Shown here in pieces: positions 15,107-20,000 of a DNA stretch of 20,000 nt. The number at the start of each line of letters is the position of its first letter. The first letter of the stretch is position 1. The DNA comes from an uncultured virus (IMG/VR IMGVR_UViG_3300020197_002285) (lineage: Duplodnaviria; Heunggongvirae; Uroviricota; Caudoviricetes): IMG/VR virus record IMGVR_UViG_3300020197_002285. One strand, 5' to 3'. The translations under genes were made by a program, and so were the position numbers. The notes beneath the pieces were generated by a model. It was not told the origin of the DNA and did not search any database. It saw only the letters and a program-made list of their open reading frames with translations.

Positions 15107-15363
15107 TTTCTTTCTCCTTCCCAACCATTTTCCCAACCTTCTGAAATAGACACCTTCTTATAAGCCCCCATTCTCTGTACATCTAGCTTATCTGGATCAA
15201 TGCCGGGACCATAGGGAGACGGAGAATAATCCTTTTGCAACTTTTCGACAACTCGGTCTGCAATTACATCCACAATGGCCTTTTTGCCAACCCCCACGGC
15301 CAGCAAAACACCACCCAAAACCAATGCTATCCAAAATAATTTGTTCTTAAACAAGTCGTTCAT
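15103..15363 (-). CDS. Small protein with N-terminal membrane anchor (86 aa)
   Basis: LFWIALVLGGVLLAVGVG helix; AAGGAG RBS. Confidence 0.78.
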   Translation of the reverse strand: MNDLFKNKLFWIALVLGGVLLAVGVGKKAIVDVIADRVVEKLQKDYSPSPYGPGIDPDKLDVQRMGAYKKVSISEGWENGWEGERK

Positions 15364-15398
15364 GTTAAACTCCTTCTGAGACGGAATCCTTTCTTATA

Positions 15399-16511
15399 TT
15401 ATTTATAGGAAGAGGATGTTTTTTTTGCCCACTCTTCCCTCCTAAGAGAAACATATTTCTTCTCCATATCGGACAGTTGGGCCATGAGTTTATTATAGTC
15501 TTCGTCGTTAATATCTTTGGGAGTTTCCACTTTTAAAGTCACAATCAAATCTCCCATCCCCGTTATTCCACCAGGAAATCCCCTGCTTTTTATGCGGAAT
15601 TTCGTATTTGTCTGACAACCTTTTGGTATCTCAATTTTATACTTTTCACTGGTCATCGTGGGAATAAAAATTGAATCGCCAAGGACCAATTGGGTATAAG
15701 AGACAGGAACATCCAACAAAAGATTATTTGCTTCTCGCTTGAAAATTGGATGATCTTTGACAATTACGACCACAAATAGATCGCCTGCCTTACCCGTCAA
15801 TCTCAAAGAATCCTCACCCTCATTGATGATTCTCAACTGAGTGCCACTAGAAATGCCTGCCGGGATTTTGACCTCTACATCTCTTTCAATAAACTCTGGA
15901 AGAAATCCATTTTTGCAATATTTACAAGCAACTGATGCGGCTTTCCCTGAACCAAGACAAACAGGACATTCAGCATTAAGCACAAATGGAGCATCTATTG
16001 CTGCCTTGATAAATCCACTTCCTGCACAATTAGAACAAGGAGAAAAAGCGGTGAACCCATTACCATTACATGAGTCACACCGCTTTTTCTTTTTGAGTTT
16101 GATAGATCTGGTACAGCCCGTATAAGCTTGATGAAAATCTATTTCAAGACGAACTTGAATATTACGACCTCGAAACGTGCTGGACACTCCAAAGAATTCG
16201 CCTACTACTTCTTCGAAGGTTTGAGAACCTGTAGTGCCTGTCTTGGGGTCTTTCCAAGTTTTTGTGCGACTACGAGTACGGAAATGCATAGACTTCCTAT
16301 TGCGACCCAAATCGTATAATGATTTCTTCGCCGGGTCACTTAAAGTCTCGTAAGCAATCGCAACTTCTTTGAACTTTTCAGGAGCTTCTGAATCACCGGG
16401 ATTAACATCTGGATGATATTCCCTAGCTAATTTTCTGTAGGCTTTCTTTATTTGTTCTTTGGAAGCCGAGTCGCTTATCCCCAATACTTCATAGTAGTCC
16501 CTATCGTACAT
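15399..16511 (-). CDS. dnaJ: Chaperone DnaJ (class A)
   Basis: J domain with HPD; CxxCxGxG zinc-finger repeats (fourth degenerate, CKYCKNG); C-terminal GDL motifs. Confidence 0.95.
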   Translation of the reverse strand: MYDRDYYEVLGISDSASKEQIKKAYRKLAREYHPDVNPGDSEAPEKFKEVAIAYETLSDPAKKSLYDLGRNRKSMHFRTRSRTKTWKDPKTGTTGSQTFEEVVGEFFGVSSTFRGRNIQVRLEIDFHQAYTGCTRSIKLKKKKRCDSCNGNGFTAFSPCSNCAGSGFIKAAIDAPFVLNAECPVCLGSGKAASVACKYCKNGFLPEFIERDVEVKIPAGISSGTQLRIINEGEDSLRLTGKAGDLFVVVIVKDHPIFKREANNLLLDVPVSYTQLVLGDSIFIPTMTSEKYKIEIPKGCQTNTKFRIKSRGFPGGITGMGDLIVTLKVETPKDINDEDYNKLMAQLSDMEKKYVSLRREEWAKKTSSSYK

Positions 16512-16864
16512 TATTCAAGCAACACAGCCTTAACAGCATGAGGCTCCATCAAGAAACTATCTCTATGATTTTCATCCCAATTAGGAGCCATTACGCCAGT
16601 GCCAGATAGCAATACACGATCACCAATTTTAAAACCCCAATCTGAAGCCTTAAACAATGGACCTGTCGCACGCACATAAGCCTGCAAGGGCACCTTGGGA
16701 TCAGCATTAACGCCAACCGACAGTCTTGTGTTCATAAGCTCTTGAGCAGTTAAAATCTCAAGCAGAACTTGTGAGCCACAGGGAGCCACGCCCTTTACAG
16801 TTGGCATAGGAGCATGAATTTCTTCCCCATTCGTACTAACCAATTTCAATTTATCTTTAGCCAT
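16511..16864 (-). CDS. GroES/Cpn10-like co-chaperonin
   Basis: [11 protein letters not shown] ... VRATGP ... FKIGDRVL ... VKAVL parallels the GroES PLxDRVxV/VxAVGPG/VKVGDxV/ILAV pattern. Confidence 0.7.
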   Translation of the reverse strand: MAKDKLKLVSTNGEEIHAPMPTVKGVAPCGSQVLLEILTAQELMNTRLSVGVNADPKVPLQAYVRATGPLFKASDWGFKIGDRVLLSGTGVMAPNWDENHRDSFLMEPHAVKAVLLE

Positions 16865-16891
16865 TTTTACATCCTCTCTAATTCATTCATG

Positions 16892-17275
16892 TTATAGCCC
16901 ATTAAGCATATCCTGATCTGTGTTTCTTAAAGAGACTTCCGTGTCAAATGTAGTGCTGGTTATAACAATGCCAGCAACATCCGAAGCAGGATCATTTGCT
17001 CGAATATCAAGTGACCCCGTACTAGAGCTAACCACCCCAGAAGGAGGAACACCTATTCCACCATCCCAATTACCCGCCTGACTAACGGTCCAATTTAGTC
17101 CAGATAAATTAGTAACCTCGTCAGCTTTTTTCAAATTCTTATCTTTAAGAAATTCTTCAACCAAATTCTCACAAACAGATTCCTTAAGGTCCATGTACCC
17201 AAGACACGCCTCTTCATATATTTTTTTAGATAACTCTACCAAAGATTCTCTATCTATTTCGTAAAAATCTTTCAT
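16892..17275 (-). CDS. Hypothetical protein (127 aa)
   Basis: ATGA-coupled to the dehydrogenase; low-complexity C-terminal half. Confidence 0.7.
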   Translation of the reverse strand: MKDFYEIDRESLVELSKKIYEEACLGYMDLKESVCENLVEEFLKDKNLKKADEVTNLSGLNWTVSQAGNWDGGIGVPPSGVVSSSTGSLDIRANDPASDVAGIVITSTTFDTEVSLRNTDQDMLNGL

Positions 17276-18180
17276 ATCACAACCCTTCCCTTAAGTTGTT
17301 CCCAATCCTTTTCAGGACGAACCTCAAGGTTTTTCTGCCACGCCGCTTTAAGCATTACGGAGTCAACACCCACTTCTGTAGCCAAAGCAATCAAGGCATT
17401 TATATCCTTTGGGAAACAAGTCAAACCGAACCCAAAATGTCCATCTGGTCCGGGCACTTTCCAATGAGATGTGCCGAGTCTTGGATCGAGGGACGCCAAT
17501 TCCGCCACTTTATCGTAGTTAGCATTTATTTTGTTACAAATTTGATAAATTTCATTGGCAAATGAAACTTTAGTTGCCAAGAAACAATTGCCTACATATT
17601 TAACCATTTCGGCACACACCGAACTGCACTCATGTACCGGCACACAAGGAAATGCAACCTTATACACCTTGGCAACTTCTGTTGTCGCTTCCGGTCGCCC
17701 ACCAAGAATAATCCGGTTCTGATTCTTGAAATCTTCAATTGCGTTCGCTTCTGTCAAAAACTCAGGATTAAAAACTATATTCAAACACTTAAACATAGAC
17801 CCCAATCTCTCGGTTGTGCCTGGAGAGACTGTTGAGCGAATTACTACAATTTGTTTAAAATGTTCACAATTATGGACAATATTAGAAGCATTGTTTATTT
17901 TAGAACAAACAGACTCAACAATTTCTGTATTACACTTTCCATCTGAAAACATAGGGGTTGGGACAGATACAAAAATAGGTCTTCCAGAAACAGCAGCCAC
18001 CATAGAGATAATCGCATCCTCAACATTTTTAAATGGCGGCAATTGCCCTACGTCACAATCACGCAAAATATTCGACGCTTCTGGCTTGTATCTATCGTAT
18101 GTGAGAACATCAAAAGCATGCTTCATGCCTTCATAGAATGCCGTGCCTATAACACCCATCCCTATTACGCCAATACTCAT
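17272..18180 (-). CDS. UDP-glucose/GDP-mannose dehydrogenase family, lacking the C-terminal UDP-binding domain
   Basis: GxGxxG (IGMGVIG), VPTP, RSTVSPGTT, NPEFLTE, AEMVKY, GFGLTCFPKD; likely start 18180. Confidence 0.9.
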   Translation of the reverse strand: MSIGVIGMGVIGTAFYEGMKHAFDVLTYDRYKPEASNILRDCDVGQLPPFKNVEDAIISMVAAVSGRPIFVSVPTPMFSDGKCNTEIVESVCSKINNASNIVHNCEHFKQIVVIRSTVSPGTTERLGSMFKCLNIVFNPEFLTEANAIEDFKNQNRIILGGRPEATTEVAKVYKVAFPCVPVHECSSVCAEMVKYVGNCFLATKVSFANEIYQICNKINANYDKVAELASLDPRLGTSHWKVPGPDGHFGFGLTCFPKDINALIALATEVGVDSVMLKAAWQKNLEVRPEKDWEQLKGRVVI

Positions 18181-18181
18181 T

Positions 18182-19660
18182 TTATTTAAGCCCTTGTGGG
18201 AATGTAACAGACTCAGCATGATTATAAGTTACTGACACATGATGAACTACCGCATCAAACGTGGCGGCTGCAGAGCCATAGCCATACCCAGATTGTTTCA
18301 CCCCAGAAAAGGGCAGATGGCTTTCGGCCCCAATACTGCCAAGATTAAAATAAATCATCCCTGCATCACATTCATCTCTCATTCGACGCATTACACGGTA
18401 GTTGTTCGTACAAACGCCAACTGCCAGACCATAATCAGTATCATTATAAATTCTAATCGCATCATCGACCGTATCAAATGGAATAAGACCTACGACCGGC
18501 CCAAATATTTCCTCTTTCAAATACGGAACATCAGCCCACTCTCGTTCAAAAACAAATGGATAATGGTAATGACCTTTTTGTTCTTCGTATTTTTCGCCAA
18601 CAAACAAAATTTTGGCCGTATTATCATCACGAATCATATTCTCGTAACGTGTAACTCGAACATTTTGTTCCTCACTAATAAGCGGACCAATAGCTACCGA
18701 ACAAGCACCCGGAATAGAATGGAAAGGATTGCCGACATGAACATACCTTACTTCGGTCAAAAACTTTTCCTTGAATGCATCTAATACCGATCTTTGGACA
18801 AGCAATCTTCCTGCCGATACGCACCGCTGACCAGATAATTTAAAAGCGCTATTTACACAGGCTTGAACGGCCAGATCCAAGTCACAATCTTCAAATACAA
18901 TGACAGCCGATTTGGAACCCATCTCGCAAGAACAAGTTTTATCTCTACTTTCAGCACACACCTTGCGGATTTCTCTGCCAACTTCTACTGATCCAGTAAA
19001 ACAAATGTGATTTACATCTGCATTAACCAAATTACGGCCAGTTTGACCACAACCATGCAAGAGATTAAATGTGCCTTCTGGGAATCCTGCTTCATCATAA
19101 AGTTTGGCAATTAACTGCCCCGTCATTGGCGTTAACTCACTTGGCTTAAATACGACAGTATTGCCTTCCATTAAAGCTGGTGCGGCACACCAGAATCCGC
19201 CAATGGCAAATGGGAAATTCCACGGTGAAATAACGGCCACAACACCCTTTGGTTTACGAATAATATAAGAGTCTCTTTCGGGAAGCTCCGATGTTACAAC
19301 GTCCCCGGATGGCATTCTGGCACGGCCAAATGTGTACTGTGCCATATGTAAAGCCTCAACAACTTCGGCATTACTTTCATTAAGATTCTTGCCTGTTTCT
19401 TGAGATATAACGAGTGCGATTTCATCTTTGTGATTAGCGATTGCTTTACATAGCCTATCAAAATATTCGGCACGTTGAACTCTGCCAATTGCCTGCCATT
19501 TTTTTTGAGCTTTGCGAGCGACGACCACTGCTTCTTTGACTTCTGTAAAAGTAGAATTTGGGAAGCACCCCAAATCACGAAGTGTAGCAGGATTTGTTTT
19601 TGTAAAATCCGGGCGGGTAGGACAAAAAGACCCGTCAACATAATTCATCCCAATGTACAT
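18182..19660 (-). CDS. NAD(P)-dependent aldehyde dehydrogenase
   Basis: ISPWNFP, FKPSE, FTGS, EMGSK (catalytic Glu), SGQRC (catalytic Cys), EEIFGP, PFSG. Confidence 0.95.
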   Translation of the reverse strand: MYIGMNYVDGSFCPTRPDFTKTNPATLRDLGCFPNSTFTEVKEAVVVARKAQKKWQAIGRVQRAEYFDRLCKAIANHKDEIALVISQETGKNLNESNAEVVEALHMAQYTFGRARMPSGDVVTSELPERDSYIIRKPKGVVAVISPWNFPFAIGGFWCAAPALMEGNTVVFKPSELTPMTGQLIAKLYDEAGFPEGTFNLLHGCGQTGRNLVNADVNHICFTGSVEVGREIRKVCAESRDKTCSCEMGSKSAVIVFEDCDLDLAVQACVNSAFKLSGQRCVSAGRLLVQRSVLDAFKEKFLTEVRYVHVGNPFHSIPGACSVAIGPLISEEQNVRVTRYENMIRDDNTAKILFVGEKYEEQKGHYHYPFVFEREWADVPYLKEEIFGPVVGLIPFDTVDDAIRIYNDTDYGLAVGVCTNNYRVMRRMRDECDAGMIYFNLGSIGAESHLPFSGVKQSGYGYGSAAATFDAVVHHVSVTYNHAESVTFPQGLK

Positions 19661-19697
19661 TCTTTTTCTCCTAAATTCACTTCAACAAATACGATCA

Positions 19698-20000
19698 TTA
19701 TCCGCTACAACTGCCGCCGCTACAACTGCCGCCGCTACAACTGCCGCCGCTACAACTGCCGCCGCTACAACCAGAAGCGGGCTGTTCGGTTTCGCCAACA
19801 CTAAAACTTTTATTGCATCCACAGCTACGGGCTGCATTTGGATTTTTGAAAGAAAACCCACGACGATTCAAATCTTCGACCCAGTCTACCGTGGTGCCTT
19901 CCAAATATAAACCAGATCTTTTATCAACAACAATCTTCAATCCATCTTGTTCAAGCAACGTGTCCTTTTCTTCATCATATGTTTCATCAAGATTAAAGGC
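19698..20000 (-). CDS. A-type Fe-S carrier (IscA/HesB/ErpA family), 5'-partial, with Cys/Gly/Ser repeat tail
   Basis: Frame stays open to the window end (AFNLDETYDEEKDTLLEQ...); VVDKRSGLYLEGTTVDW, GFSFKNPNA, SCGCNKSF. Confidence 0.92.
   Translation of the reverse strand, partial: AFNLDETYDEEKDTLLEQDGLKIVVDKRSGLYLEGTTVDWVEDLNRRGFSFKNPNAARSCGCNKSFSVGETEQPASGCSGGSCSGGSCSGGSCSGGSCSG
19702..19771. repeat. Perfect 15-bp tandem repeat CCGCTACAACTGCCG x4.7
   Basis: Read directly; encodes (CSGGS)n on the minus strand. Confidence 0.97.

Noticed and set aside
803..19910. Numerous short plus-strand and alternate-frame ORFs in the track (e.g. 1765-2208, 18239-18784, 19653-19910)
   Set aside because: They are shadows of well-supported genes; their repeats (RIVRI, QNSTE, AAATT, RRYNC) are alternative readings of the same tandem arrays.
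1..20000. Stop-codon reassignment
   Set aside because: Recognisable genes are intact and tightly packed under the standard code.

Overview
A gene-dense window, mostly on the minus strand, that reads as part of a large (jumbo-type) bacteriophage genome. It holds many ORFans plus host-like auxiliary genes: phoH with an intein, dut, a FliA-like sigma factor, an amidoligase, dnaJ, a GroES-like protein, two glycosyltransferases flanking a 2OG-Fe(II) oxygenase, a short UDP-sugar dehydrogenase, an aldehyde dehydrogenase and a partial IscA/HesB. Several proteins resemble Planctomycetota proteins, which hints at the host (inference from memory, no search run). No capsid, terminase or replication gene lies in the window, so the phage call is contextual. 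The most notable element is an ORF-free ~420-nt stretch (about 9654-10070, minus strand) with a TATAAT at its 5' end, a terminator at its 3' end, many G-U-containing helices, a likely pseudoknot and a repeated loop motif. It is a candidate large structured ncRNA that I cannot assign to a known family. Also notable are an Ala-initiated class 3 (WCT) LAGLIDADG intein in the PhoH Walker A motif and plus-strand genes with CTAAATA promoters and capsid-targeting-like N-termini.
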